Below are positions 48,156-58,337 of a stretch of 64,000 nucleotides of DNA, piece after piece (position 1 is the first letter of the stretch; the number at the start of each line of letters is the position of its first letter). A program made the position numbers and the translations under genes. Below the pieces are notes generated by a model that saw nothing but the letters and a program-made list of their open reading frames with translations, did not search any database and was not told the origin of the DNA. Origin of the DNA: an uncultured bacterium (lineage in GTDB: Bacteria > Bacillota_I > Bacilli_A > RFN20 > CAG-826); NCBI GenBank assembly GCA_949299195.1, contig CASFZN010000020.1, positions 48,903 through 112,902 of the forward strand, written 5' to 3'.

Positions 48156-50483
48156 ATGGCAAATACAGAATTTAAAAAAATTACTTTACCAGTACTTATT
48201 ACAAAAGGTGGAATTTGTTTCCCGAATCAAGAATTTACTCTTTTTGCCGAAAGAAGTTTTTCAATCGATGCAATTAGAGAATCTATTGAATATTTTGATT
48301 CATTAATTTTTATTGTTGCTCAAAAAGACTTCGTTAAAAATGATGATCTTAATTTTGATGACATCTATAAGGTTGGTACCTTATGTAAGATTTTATTTAA
48401 AAATGAAGCTAATAAGGTCTTAAAAGTTACTGTTCAAGGTATCGAAAGATATAAATTTAATGACCTTTATAAAGATGAAGGTTGTTACCATATAAGCGGT
48501 GAAATCTATAGTGATATAGAAGATGATCCAAACGTTGAAGTTACTTATATTAATAATATTGTTAAATATTTTGATGGTAACGACATTGAAGAATTCTTTG
48601 GAAAACAACCAAAAACCTTTTATAGTTCCATTAAAAGAGGCTTAAATTCTAAAGAATTAAGCTATCTTTTCTCTCAAGCAATTCAACTTGAACCAGATAA
48701 AAAACAAGAATTACTCGAAGCTCCTAGCGTCAATGAAAGACTTAAACTTTTAGTCTCTGATTTAGAGATTTTAAAAATTAGAAGCAAGGTAGATAGAGAT
48801 TTACAACAAACAATTCGTAAAACTAGTGAAAAAGCCCAAAAAGAATATTATTTAAGAGAACAACTCAAAGCAATTCGCCAAGAATTAGGAGAAACTCCTA
48901 CATCTAACGAAGATTCTTATGAAGAAAAATTAAATAACGGAAATTATCCAAAAGAAGTTAAAGATAAGGTTAGAGAAGAGATTAAAAGAATGAAAAATCT
49001 ACCTTCTGGAACCTTAGAATATTCACTTATTTTAGATTATTTAGATCAACTTTTTGCTCTCCCATATGAAAATCCAACTAAGGATAATGATGACTTAAAT
49101 AATGCTCAAAAAATCTTAGATGAAGATCATTATGGACTCGAAAAAGTAAAAGAAAGAATTATCGAATATTTAGCAGTTAAAAAGGTAAACGGAAACTTAA
49201 AAGCTCCAGTTATTTGTTTTTATGGTCCTCCAGGAACTGGTAAAACCTCTCTTTCGATGTCAATTGCTAGAGCTTTAGGAAGAAAATTTGTTAAGTGTTC
49301 CTTAGGTGGCATTAGCGATGAAGCAGAAATTAGAGGTCATAGAAGAACCTATGTTGGTTCAAAACCTGGAAGAATTATGACTTTTATGAAAAAAGCCGGA
49401 ACTGTTAATCCAGTCTTCTGTTTAGATGAAGTTGATAAGATTTCAGTTAATGGCTTTAAAGGCGATCCAGCTGCAGCTTTACTTGAAGTTTTAGACCCAG
49501 AACAAAACACTCATTTTAGAGATAATTATCTTGAAATTGAATACGATTTATCGAACGTTTTATTCATTTGTACTTGTAACTATTTAGAACAAGTTCCTGA
49601 AGCTTTAAGAGATAGACTTGAACTCATTCCAATTGATTCATATACCCTTTTAGAAAAGGCTGAAATTGCAACTCATCATTTAATTAAAAAAGAATGTCAA
49701 AATAATGGTCTTGATTATAAGAATGTAAAATTTACAAAAGATGCCATTATTTATATTATTGAAAGATATACTCGCGAAGCCGGAGTTAGAGATTTATCCC
49801 GTAAAATCGGTAAAATTTTAAGAAAAGTCATTGTTGATCAACTTAAAAATAATACCTTTAACGAAAAGATTAAAATCACCATTACTGGCGTTAAAAAGTA
49901 TTTAGGAGTTGAATTATTTGATCCAACCGATAAAGAGAAAAAGAGCCAAGTTGGTATTGTTACTGGACTTGCTTATACTCAATTTGGTGGCGACATCTTA
50001 CCAATTGAAGTAAATCATTTTGAAGGAAAAGGAAACTTAGTTTTAACAGGAAATTTAGGTGATATCATGAAAGAATCTTGTTCAATCGCCTTAGATTATG
50101 TAAAAGCTAATGCTAAAAAATATGGAATTGATCCAGAATTCTTTAGTAAAAATGATATTCATATCCACGTTCCTGAAGGAGCGGTTCCTAAAGACGGTCC
50201 AAGCGCTGGAATTGCGATAACTACCGCAATTATTTCAGCTTTAACCAATAAGCCAGTAAGTAGCGAAATTGCAATGACTGGTGAAGTTAATTTAAGAGGT
50301 AATGCCCTTCCTATTGGCGGATTAAGAGAAAAATCTTTAGCTGCTTTAAGAAGTGGAATTAAAACTATTATTGTTCCTAAAGGAAATCATAAAAATGTTA
50401 GTGAACTTCCTAAGGAAATTACATCCAATTTAAACGTTGTTTATATGGATAATGTCGATGATGCTATCAAGGTATGTATGTAG
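48156..50483 (+). CDS. lon: Lon protease
   Basis: GPPGTGKT, LDEVDK, KDGPSAG (catalytic Ser) and IGGLREK motifs. Confidence 0.97.
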   Translation: MANTEFKKITLPVLITKGGICFPNQEFTLFAERSFSIDAIRESIEYFDSLIFIVAQKDFVKNDDLNFDDIYKVGTLCKILFKNEANKVLKVTVQGIERYKFNDLYKDEGCYHISGEIYSDIEDDPNVEVTYINNIVKYFDGNDIEEFFGKQPKTFYSSIKRGLNSKELSYLFSQAIQLEPDKKQELLEAPSVNERLKLLVSDLEILKIRSKVDRDLQQTIRKTSEKAQKEYYLREQLKAIRQELGETPTSNEDSYEEKLNNGNYPKEVKDKVREEIKRMKNLPSGTLEYSLILDYLDQLFALPYENPTKDNDDLNNAQKILDEDHYGLEKVKERIIEYLAVKKVNGNLKAPVICFYGPPGTGKTSLSMSIARALGRKFVKCSLGGISDEAEIRGHRRTYVGSKPGRIMTFMKKAGTVNPVFCLDEVDKISVNGFKGDPAAALLEVLDPEQNTHFRDNYLEIEYDLSNVLFICTCNYLEQVPEALRDRLELIPIDSYTLLEKAEIATHHLIKKECQNNGLDYKNVKFTKDAIIYIIERYTREAGVRDLSRKIGKILRKVIVDQLKNNTFNEKIKITITGVKKYLGVELFDPTDKEKKSQVGIVTGLAYTQFGGDILPIEVNHFEGKGNLVLTGNLGDIMKESCSIALDYVKANAKKYGIDPEFFSKNDIHIHVPEGAVPKDGPSAGIAITTAIISALTNKPVSSEIAMTGEVNLRGNALPIGGLREKSLAALRSGIKTIIVPKGNHKNVSELPKEITSNLNVVYMDNVDDAIKVCM

Positions 50484-50513
50484 TTTAACTTGACTATTTA
50501 ATTAAATATTTAT

Positions 50514-51113
50514 ATGGAAAATTCTTTACATTACTTTAAATCATCAAAATTTATTAAATCGATAACCGATATTAAAGAAGCACCTGAAAAGAGACTTTCT
50601 GAGGTGCTTTTTGTCGGTAAAAGTAATGTTGGAAAATCTAGTTTAATCAACGCTTTAACTAATAATAAAAGATTAGCATACACTTCATCAAAACCTGGTC
50701 ATACTAGATTATTAAATTATTTTTTAATTGATAATTCCTTTTATTTTGTAGATGCCCCTGGATATGGATTCTCTACTAAAAAGGATTTAGATTATAAATT
50801 TTATGGAGAGATGATTGAGAATTATTTTAAAAATAATAATTACTTAAAATTAATCGTATTTTTACTAGATTCTCGTCATGAACCTACAGAAGATGATTTA
50901 GACTTTTATAACTATTTAAAATCTACTGATTATAACTTTATCTTTGTTATGACTAAGTGTGATAAGTTAAATATGTCACTTAAATCTAAAATAGTTAAAA
51001 ATTTAAAAAATGTCTTTATTGATCCTGATTTAGAAAAACTAAATCTAGTATCAATAAAGGATAATCGTAGTTTATTAGCTTTAAAAACAAAAATAGAAGA
51101 ATATATTAAATAA
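50514..51113 (+). CDS. engB: GTP-binding protein EngB/YihA/YsxC
   Basis: GKSNVGKSS, PGHT, DAPGYG and TKCD motifs; follows lon. Confidence 0.93.
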   Translation: MENSLHYFKSSKFIKSITDIKEAPEKRLSEVLFVGKSNVGKSSLINALTNNKRLAYTSSKPGHTRLLNYFLIDNSFYFVDAPGYGFSTKKDLDYKFYGEMIENYFKNNNYLKLIVFLLDSRHEPTEDDLDFYNYLKSTDYNFIFVMTKCDKLNMSLKSKIVKNLKNVFIDPDLEKLNLVSIKDNRSLLALKTKIEEYIK

Positions 51114-51177
51114 ATAGTGGTATTTAAATCAAATGTAAATATGTTTATATTAAGTGAAAAAGAAGGGGAAAAGGGAT

Positions 51178-53751
51178 ATGTTAGAAAAAAGATATGACTT
51201 TAAAAAGATTGAAGAAAATAAAGTAAAAACTTGGAAGGGAAATGGCTATTTTAAAGCAGGAGATACTTCCAAACTTCCTTTTTCAATGGTTATTCCTCCT
51301 CCAAACGTCACTGGCGTTTTACATATTGGACACGCAATTGATAATACCATTCAAGATATCATCTGTAGATATAAAAAAGCTAAAGGATATGATGTGCTTT
51401 ATCTTCCTGGAGTTGATCATGCTGGAATTGCAACTCAAGCTAAGGTCGATGCCAAACTTAAAGAAGAAGGTATCTCTAGATTTGATATTGGTAGAGAAGC
51501 CTATTTAAAAGAAGCTTATAAATGGAAAGAAGAAAAAGCTTCAACCATTCATTCCCAATGGGAAAAAATGGGCATAATGGTCGATTATTCTAGAGAAAGA
51601 TTTACTCTTGATGAAGGTTTTTCTCATGCAGTTTTTACAGTCTTTAAAACTCTTTATGATGAAGGATTACTTTATAGAGGCGAAAGAATTGTTAACTATG
51701 ATCCAATCATGAAAACCGCTCTAAGTAATATTGAAATTGTTTATAAAGAAGAGGTTGGTCAATTTTTCTATTTTAAATATAGATTTGTTGATGATAAAAA
51801 TAAATATTTAGAAATCGCAACTACTAGACCTGAAACTATGTTTGGAGATACCTGTGTTGTAGTTAATCCGAATGATGATAGATATAAAGAAATAGTAGGC
51901 AAAAAAGTTATTAATCCAGCAAACGGAGAAGAAATTCCTGTTATTGCTGATGAATATGTTGATGTTACTTTTGGAACTGGAGCTATGAAATGTACTCCAG
52001 CTCACGATCCAAACGATTTTATAATTGGTAAAAAATATAATCTTGAAGCTCCTATCATTATGAATATTGATGGAACTATGAATGAACTTTGTGGTAAATA
52101 CGCTTCAATGGACCGCTTTGAATGTCGTAAAGTTTTGCTTGAAGATATCAAAAATAACGATGATTTAATTAAAATAGAAGACATTAAACATAATGTTGGA
52201 CATAGCGAAAGAACTGATTCAATTGTTGAACCAATTCTTTCTAAACAATGGTTCGTTAAAATGAAACCATTAGCAGAAGCAGTTTTAAAAAATCAAGAAA
52301 ATGAAGAAACTAAGGTACATTTTTATCCTGAAAGATTTGAAAATGTCTTAACTAGATGGCTAAATAATATTGATGACTGGTGTATTTCTCGTCAATTATG
52401 GTGGGGTCATAGAATTCCAGTATATTATAAGGATAATAGCGATGAAATCGTTATTAGTGAAACTCCTTTAGGAGAAGGATATCATCAAGATGAAGATGTT
52501 TTAGATACATGGTTCTCTTCAGCTTTATGGCCTTTTGGAACTATGGGTTGGCCTAGTGAAACAAGTGATTATGAAAGATATTTCCCAACCTCTTGTTTAT
52601 CAACAGGATATGATATTATCTTCTTCTGGGTTGCTAGAATGTATTTCCAAAGTTTACATTTTACTAAAAAGATTCCTTTTAAAGATGTTGTTATTCATGG
52701 TCTTGTAAGAGATGAATTAGGAAGAAAAATGTCGAAATCTTTAGGAAACGGCATTGATCCAATTGAAGTAATTGATAAATATGGATGTGATTCTTTAAGA
52801 TATTTTTTAGCAACAACTGCAACTCCAGGACTTGATTTTAGATATAGTGATTCTAAAGTTAATAGTGCTAATTCTTATTTAAATAAGATTTGGAATAGTG
52901 CTAGATATATCTTAATGTATATTCCTCTAAATTATGAATTTAAGGAATTAGATTTTAATTCCTTAAATAAAATGGATAAATTCATTCTTTCTAGACTTGA
53001 TGAAACTATCAAAAAAGTAACCATTAATATGGATAAATATGAATTTGGTATTGCTTCAAGTATCCTTTATAACTTTGTTTATGATGATTTCTGTGATTAT
53101 TATTTAGAAATGAGTAAAGTCACCTTAAATAATGAATCATTTAATAAAGAATCTACCTATTTTACTTTAATAAAAGTATTAAAAGATATTGTTTTAATGA
53201 TTTATCCTTTCTGTCCTTTTATCGCAGAAGAAATCTATCTTTCTTTACCTATTCGTAAAGATTCAATAATGCTTGAAGATTATCCTACCTTTAATAATTA
53301 TGAAGACGATAATAAAGAAGTATTATTGGTAAAAGAAGTTATTGAAAAGGTTAGAGCATATAAGGTTGAAAATGAACTTGCTCCTAATGCTAAAATTTCG
53401 ATTAAAATTCAAACAGAATTAAAGATTGATGATTTATTAGCTTATATTGAAAGATTTACCTTTGCAAATGAAGTTAAATTAATTGAAAATAGTGAAGAAA
53501 ATTTAACATCAATCATCTTAAAAAACGGTGTTTTATATATCGTTGATAATATCAATAAGGATGAATTAAAAGAAAAATTAAATAAACAATTAGAAGATGT
53601 TAATAAAGAGATCTTAAGAAGTGAAAACTTACTTAATAACCCTAACTTTATTAATAAAGCAAATCCTGAAAAGGTTAATAAAGAAAAAGAAAAATATCAA
53701 AACTACTTAGAGCAAAAGAATATTTTATTAGAAAAATTAAAGAATATTTAA
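51178..53751 (+). CDS. valS: Valyl-tRNA synthetase
   Basis: PPPNVTGVLHIGH, ATTRPET, DWCISRQLWWGH, KMSKS and a C-terminal coiled coil; likely start ATG 51178. Confidence 0.98.
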   Translation: MLEKRYDFKKIEENKVKTWKGNGYFKAGDTSKLPFSMVIPPPNVTGVLHIGHAIDNTIQDIICRYKKAKGYDVLYLPGVDHAGIATQAKVDAKLKEEGISRFDIGREAYLKEAYKWKEEKASTIHSQWEKMGIMVDYSRERFTLDEGFSHAVFTVFKTLYDEGLLYRGERIVNYDPIMKTALSNIEIVYKEEVGQFFYFKYRFVDDKNKYLEIATTRPETMFGDTCVVVNPNDDRYKEIVGKKVINPANGEEIPVIADEYVDVTFGTGAMKCTPAHDPNDFIIGKKYNLEAPIIMNIDGTMNELCGKYASMDRFECRKVLLEDIKNNDDLIKIEDIKHNVGHSERTDSIVEPILSKQWFVKMKPLAEAVLKNQENEETKVHFYPERFENVLTRWLNNIDDWCISRQLWWGHRIPVYYKDNSDEIVISETPLGEGYHQDEDVLDTWFSSALWPFGTMGWPSETSDYERYFPTSCLSTGYDIIFFWVARMYFQSLHFTKKIPFKDVVIHGLVRDELGRKMSKSLGNGIDPIEVIDKYGCDSLRYFLATTATPGLDFRYSDSKVNSANSYLNKIWNSARYILMYIPLNYEFKELDFNSLNKMDKFILSRLDETIKKVTINMDKYEFGIASSILYNFVYDDFCDYYLEMSKVTLNNESFNKESTYFTLIKVLKDIVLMIYPFCPFIAEEIYLSLPIRKDSIMLEDYPTFNNYEDDNKEVLLVKEVIEKVRAYKVENELAPNAKISIKIQTELKIDDLLAYIERFTFANEVKLIENSEENLTSIILKNGVLYIVDNINKDELKEKLNKQLEDVNKEILRSENLLNNPNFINKANPEKVNKEKEKYQNYLEQKNILLEKLKNI

Positions 53752-53778
53752 AAATTAATATTTTCTTAATAAATACTA

Positions 53779-53808
53779 AAAAACACGATATTAATCGTGT
53801 TTTTTCTT
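53779..53808 (+). terminator. Terminator after valS
   Basis: AAAAACACGAT / ATCGTGTTTTT stem followed by a T run. Confidence 0.7.
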
Positions 53809-53911
53809 TTTTTATTCATTAAATTTTATATATATTTATAAAAATTTTAAAAATAAGTGAATAATTTTTAAATTTTAAGCGTTCTTGTATATAAAGGAGG
53901 TAATAGTCAAA

Positions 53912-54094
53912 ATGAATAAAATTATGTTAACCGAAGAAGAATTAGTTGCGATTAAACCCGGAGATGCTATTACTTTAGGAGCTGTTTTAGCAATCATGGC
54001 AATAGCAATTTTAGCAATCGCAGTCTATAAACTCTTCACATCAAATGAAGCAATAATTAAATTACCTGGTGGCTATCAATTTTCATGGGGTTAA
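53912..54094 (+). CDS. 60-aa peptide resembling a double-glycine-leader (class II bacteriocin-like) precursor
   Basis: AAAGGAGG RBS; ATG 53912; leader MNKIMLTEEELVAIKPG followed by a hydrophobic helix and LPGGYQFSWG. Confidence 0.6.
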   Translation: MNKIMLTEEELVAIKPGDAITLGAVLAIMAIAILAIAVYKLFTSNEAIIKLPGGYQFSWG

Positions 54095-54221
54095 AAGCTT
54101 AATTTAATTTATTGCTTACTATTTAAATTCAAATATCGAAACTTTTTAAAATAATCGTAATTTTCCTTATTTATTTGTTATTTTTTAGTTGAAAATTATA
54201 ATCACATATGATATTTTAATT

Positions 54222-54335
54222 AGCGTTGTAACTCTTTTTAAATAGAATTACAACCGCATTAAAGAGGTTACTTAATTTAATAAACGATATTATAAAAGAT
54301 ATCTACCTCCAAAGCGAGTACTTGATTTTAAAAAA
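54222..54335 (+). ncRNA. Probable ribosomal protein L21 leader
   Basis: Long 5' leader of rplU with a GTAACTCTTT / AAAGAGGTTAC stem and AACCGCA...ACCTCC..GCGAGT elements, as I recall them from Firmicute L21 leaders. Confidence 0.55.
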
Positions 54336-54347
54336 GGAGGAAGCATA

Positions 54348-54656
54348 ATGTACGCTATAATTTTAACAGGCGGTAAACAATTAAAAGTTGAAGTCGGTCA
54401 AAAAATCTATGTCGAAAAATTAGATGTTGAAGCTGGCAAAGAATTCACTTTTGATAAAGTTTTATTAATCGGCGATAAAACCGTTAAAACTGGAAAACCA
54501 TTTATTGATGGTGCTACCGTAGTTGCTAAAGTTGAAAAACAAGGTTTAGGTAAAAAAATCGATGTCTATAAATACAAGGCAAAAACAAATTATCATAGAT
54601 CTTTAGGCCATAGACAACCTTATACTTGTTTAACAATTACAAGCATTAACGCATAA
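54348..54656 (+). CDS. rplU: 50S ribosomal protein L21
   Basis: [14 protein letters not shown] and GHRQPYT motifs. Confidence 0.97.
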   Translation: MYAIILTGGKQLKVEVGQKIYVEKLDVEAGKEFTFDKVLLIGDKTVKTGKPFIDGATVVAKVEKQGLGKKIDVYKYKAKTNYHRSLGHRQPYTCLTITSINA

Positions 54657-54970
54657 TGATTGAAGTAAAAGTTATTCAAAATAACGATAATATCTTATCT
54701 ATTGAATCTAGTGGCCATGCTAATTATGATGAGAAAGGTAAAGATATTGTATGTAGTGCTGTAAGCGCAATATTAATTGGTGGCTTAAATGCTATTAAAG
54801 ATATTGATTCTTATAAAGTCACTCAAAGAGAAGGTTATCTAAAGCTTGAATTAGTTGGTGATAATCAACTAAAAGAAGATAACATTGTCTTAAAGACATT
54901 GATTATTCAACTTAAAACAATTGAATATTCATACAAAGATTATTTAAAACTATTAGTAATAAATAAATAA
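54656..54970 (+). CDS. prp: Ribosomal-processing cysteine protease Prp (YsxB)
   Basis: SGHANY...DIVCSAVSA catalytic His/Cys; lies between rplU and rpmA. Confidence 0.92.
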   Translation: MIEVKVIQNNDNILSIESSGHANYDEKGKDIVCSAVSAILIGGLNAIKDIDSYKVTQREGYLKLELVGDNQLKEDNIVLKTLIIQLKTIEYSYKDYLKLLVINK

Positions 54971-54983
54971 GGAGAGAACGATT

Positions 54984-55274
54984 ATGGAATTAAGATTTAT
55001 ACTTGATTTACAACTCTTCGCTTCACATAAAGGTGTCGGTAGTACTAAAAACGGAAGAGATAGTGCTGGTCGTAGATTAGGCGCTAAAAGAAGCGATGGC
55101 CAATATTGTAAGGCAGGTGCAATTATTTATAGACAACGTGGAACCAGAATCTATCCAGGTTTTAACACCAAAAAGGGTGGAGATGATACCATTTTTGCTA
55201 CTAAAGCAGGTATTGTTAAATACGAAAGAGTTGGCAAAAATAGAAAACGTGTCAGCGTCTATGAATTAGCATAA
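54984..55274 (+). CDS. rpmA: 50S ribosomal protein L27 with a Prp-cleaved N-terminal extension
   Basis: [21 protein letters not shown] and RQRGT motifs. Confidence 0.97.
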   Translation: MELRFILDLQLFASHKGVGSTKNGRDSAGRRLGAKRSDGQYCKAGAIIYRQRGTRIYPGFNTKKGGDDTIFATKAGIVKYERVGKNRKRVSVYELA

Positions 55275-55293
55275 AATTATGTAAATAATTTTT

Positions 55294-55325
55294 AACCGCC
55301 TAATCTTTTAGGCGGTTTATTTTTT
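55294..55325 (+). terminator. Terminator after rpmA
   Basis: AACCGCCTAA / TTAGGCGGTT stem followed by a T run. Confidence 0.75.
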
Positions 55326-55380
55326 AAAAAAACAAGATTTATTAATATTTATTTTAAAAAGAAAAAAAGAAGTTAACCCC

Positions 55381-56643
55381 ATGTTTATTGATCGAGCAAT
55401 TATTGAAGTAAGAAGTGGTAAAGGTGGCGATGGAATGATCGCATTTATCCACGAAAAATATCGTCCTTTTGGAGGACCTAGCGGCGGAAATGGTGGAAGA
55501 GGAGGCTCAATTTATTTAAGAGCTTCAAATACTACTACAACCCTCGTTAATTTTCGTCATTCAAAAGTTTTTAAAGCTGAAGATGGTGAAAAAGGTAATA
55601 TTAAAAATCAATATGGAAGAAGCGCAAAAGATGTCTATATTGATGTCCCAATTGGAACAGTTATATTTTTAGAAGATGACCATTCTTTTTTAGTCGATTT
55701 AAATGAAGAAGGCAAAACTTTTTTAATTGCTAAAGGTGGTAGAGGTGGAAGAGGTAATGCCTGTTTTAAAAACTCAAGAAATAAAGCTCCAAAAATCGCA
55801 GAAAATGGCTTACCTGGAGAAAAGAAAAGAATTATTTTAGAATTAAAATTACTTGCAGATGTTGGAATTATAGGACTTCCTAATGCTGGAAAATCTACCT
55901 TTATATCCTGTGTTTCTAATGCTAAAGCTGAAATTGGAGACTATCCTTTTACAACTACAGTTCCTAATTTAGGAGTTACCTATTTAGAAGATGGAAGTAG
56001 TTTTGTTTTAGCTGATATGCCTGGATTAATCGAAGGTGCTCATGAAGGAAAAGGCTTAGGTCTTACCTTTTTAAGACACATTGAAAGAACCAAAGTTTTA
56101 ATCCATTTAGTAGATATGAGCGAAGAAAATCCATATGAAAACTATTTAAAAATCCGTAAAGAATTAGAAAAATATGGAATGAATTTAGTTGATAGAGAAG
56201 AGATTATTGTTGCTAGTAAAATGGATGAAGAAAATGCTAGTGAAAACTTAAAAGAATTTGAGAAAAAAGTAGGAAAAGAAGTCTATCCAATCTGTTCAAT
56301 TACCGAAGAAGGATTAAAAAAAGTCTTATGTAAAGCAAAAGATTTATTAAAAACCGCTAAAACCTATCCTATATATAAAGAGGAAGAAAAAGAGGTTATT
56401 TATAATCTTGATAAAGAAGAGCCTTTATTTAAAATCGTTAAAGAAAAAGAACACCTTTATGCTATTAAAGGCGAAAGAGTTGAAAGAACTTATGATTTAA
56501 TAAATATCTCAACCGATGAAGGTATGATGAGACTCATCACTTATTTAAATAAAATCGGTGTTGATGAAGCACTTAAAAATGCTGGAGTTGAAGATGGAGA
56601 TATCGTTAAACTCAAAGAATTTGAATTTGAATATTTTGAATAA
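55381..56643 (+). CDS. obgE: GTPase ObgE/CgtA
   Basis: GPSGGNGGRGG, GLPNAGKST, YPFTT and DMPGLIEGA motifs; C-terminal DUF1967-type domain. Confidence 0.97.
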   Translation: MFIDRAIIEVRSGKGGDGMIAFIHEKYRPFGGPSGGNGGRGGSIYLRASNTTTTLVNFRHSKVFKAEDGEKGNIKNQYGRSAKDVYIDVPIGTVIFLEDDHSFLVDLNEEGKTFLIAKGGRGGRGNACFKNSRNKAPKIAENGLPGEKKRIILELKLLADVGIIGLPNAGKSTFISCVSNAKAEIGDYPFTTTVPNLGVTYLEDGSSFVLADMPGLIEGAHEGKGLGLTFLRHIERTKVLIHLVDMSEENPYENYLKIRKELEKYGMNLVDREEIIVASKMDEENASENLKEFEKKVGKEVYPICSITEEGLKKVLCKAKDLLKTAKTYPIYKEEEKEVIYNLDKEEPLFKIVKEKEHLYAIKGERVERTYDLINISTDEGMMRLITYLNKIGVDEALKNAGVEDGDIVKLKEFEFEYFE

Positions 56644-56680
56644 AAAATATGATTTTATACATTTTAATAACTAATTAAAA

Positions 56681-57229
56681 ATGTATTCTTATTTAATTGG
56701 AAAAGTTTCTTCTATTAGAGAAGGAAGTATTGATTTTGAAGTTAATAACATTGGATATTTTTTATTTGTCTCAACTAGAGATAAATATGTTTTAAACGAA
56801 GAATATCGTGTTTATATATATGATGTAATCAAAGATGATCTTTTTAAGATGTATGGATTTTTATCCCTTGAAGATCGAATTATTTTTGAAAAATTATTAG
56901 AAGTTAGTGGAATCGGCCCTAAAAGAGCATTAACTATTATTTCTCAAGCAACTATAAATGAATTGGTTAGTTTAATAAAACTTAAAAACGTTAAATTATT
57001 ATCTAAAATAAATGGCGTTGGTCGCTATGCCGAAACTATTATTTACCATTTATCTAATAAATTAGATTTTTTAGAACCAAGTCTATTTAAATATCAAAAC
57101 GTCTTTTTAGCACTTAAGGATTTAGGATATGAAGTTAATAAGATTAATGAAGCTTTATTATCGCTTCCTAGTGGCTTAAGCGATGATATTGCCTTAAAAG
57201 AAGCACTTCGAGGTATCAATAATGTATAG
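56681..57229 (+). CDS. ruvA: Holliday junction helicase subunit RuvA
   Basis: MYGF...FEKLLEVSGIGPK HhH motif and ALKDLGY; precedes ruvB. Confidence 0.9.
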   Translation: MYSYLIGKVSSIREGSIDFEVNNIGYFLFVSTRDKYVLNEEYRVYIYDVIKDDLFKMYGFLSLEDRIIFEKLLEVSGIGPKRALTIISQATINELVSLIKLKNVKLLSKINGVGRYAETIIYHLSNKLDFLEPSLFKYQNVFLALKDLGYEVNKINEALLSLPSGLSDDIALKEALRGINNV

Positions 57230-58178
57230 AAGTGAAAATATTTTAAGGCCAACTAAACTTGATTCTTTCTTTGGTCAAGATGAAATTGTTAAAAGATTAA
57301 AAGTTTATATTTATAGCGCAAGAGTTAGAGATTCAATTTTAGATCATATTCTTTTTTATGGTCCTCCTGGCTTAGGAAAAACCACTTTAGCTCAAATTAT
57401 TGCTAATGAAATGGAAACTAATCTTATTTCTATTAGTGCTCCAAGTTTAAATAAACCACTTGAACTAATCTCTATTTTAAGTCAATTAAATGATGGAGAT
57501 ATCTTATTTATTGACGAGATTCATCGTCTTAAAAAAGAGATTGGTGAAATCTTATATAGTGCCATGGAAGATTTTGTCGTTTATGTTCCTTATAAAAGTG
57601 AAGAAAACACTAAGGCAATAACTTTAAATGTATCGCCATTTACTCTTATAGGAGCAACCACTAATGGAGGCAATTTGTCTAACGCTTTAAGAGACCGTTT
57701 CCCAGTAATTTTTAAGTTTAATTATTATTCATTAAACGATTTAGTTTTAATTATTAAAGAATGTAGTAAAATCTTAGATTTAAATTTCGAAGAAAAGTGC
57801 TTTTATGAAATTGCTAAAAGAAGTAGGTTAACCCCTAGAGTTTCAAATAATTTAATAAAAAGAATTTATGATTATATGATTTATAAGGGTTTAAAAGATA
57901 TAAAATATCAAGATTTAATCGAATGTTTTAACTTTTTAAAAATAAACGAATTCGGACTTAATGAAGATGATATTTCTATCATTAAACTCATGTATGAAAA
58001 ATTTTTAAATGTAAGCGTATCTTTAGAACGGATTGCATCTTATTTAAATGAAGACGTTAATAACATTAAAAATATTAATGAACCATTTTTAGTAAATAGT
58101 GGAATTATCGAAAGAACCAAAAGAGGAAGAATTTTAACCAAAAAAGGAATTGAAATTTATAAAAAGATAAAGAAATAA
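57222..58178 (+). CDS. ruvB: Holliday junction helicase subunit RuvB; one in-frame CGG at 58029
   Basis: LRP, GPPGLGKTT, IDEIHR, GATT, LRDRF and ERTKRGR motifs. Confidence 0.95.
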   Translation: MYRSENILRPTKLDSFFGQDEIVKRLKVYIYSARVRDSILDHILFYGPPGLGKTTLAQIIANEMETNLISISAPSLNKPLELISILSQLNDGDILFIDEIHRLKKEIGEILYSAMEDFVVYVPYKSEENTKAITLNVSPFTLIGATTNGGNLSNALRDRFPVIFKFNYYSLNDLVLIIKECSKILDLNFEEKCFYEIAKRSRLTPRVSNNLIKRIYDYMIYKGLKDIKYQDLIECFNFLKINEFGLNEDDISIIKLMYEKFLNVSVSLERIASYLNEDVNNIKNINEPFLVNSGIIERTKRGRILTKKGIEIYKKIKK

Positions 58179-58253
58179 ATTAACGTTTTTTATTGATTAA
58201 TTATTCAATTTTTTATCACCATTTTTTAACGCTAAAATCGTCATTTTTTAAGG

Positions 58254-58282
58254 TTGTAAATAAGGATACTTTTCTTTATAAT
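58254..58282 (+). promoter_or_regulatory. Sigma-A promoter of the secDF-like gene
   Basis: TTGTAA, 17 nt, TATAAT. Confidence 0.55.
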
Positions 58283-58337
58283 TATTAAGACGTTTTTTAT
58301 ATTAATAATATAAAAACACTTAGAGGTTTAAATATAT

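Noticed and set aside
58029-58031. RuvB CGG codon as support for CGG=Trp
   Set aside because: The column is usually Thr (GLDTIA), so it supports neither Arg nor Trp. It was counted as neutral, like glgB 1780.
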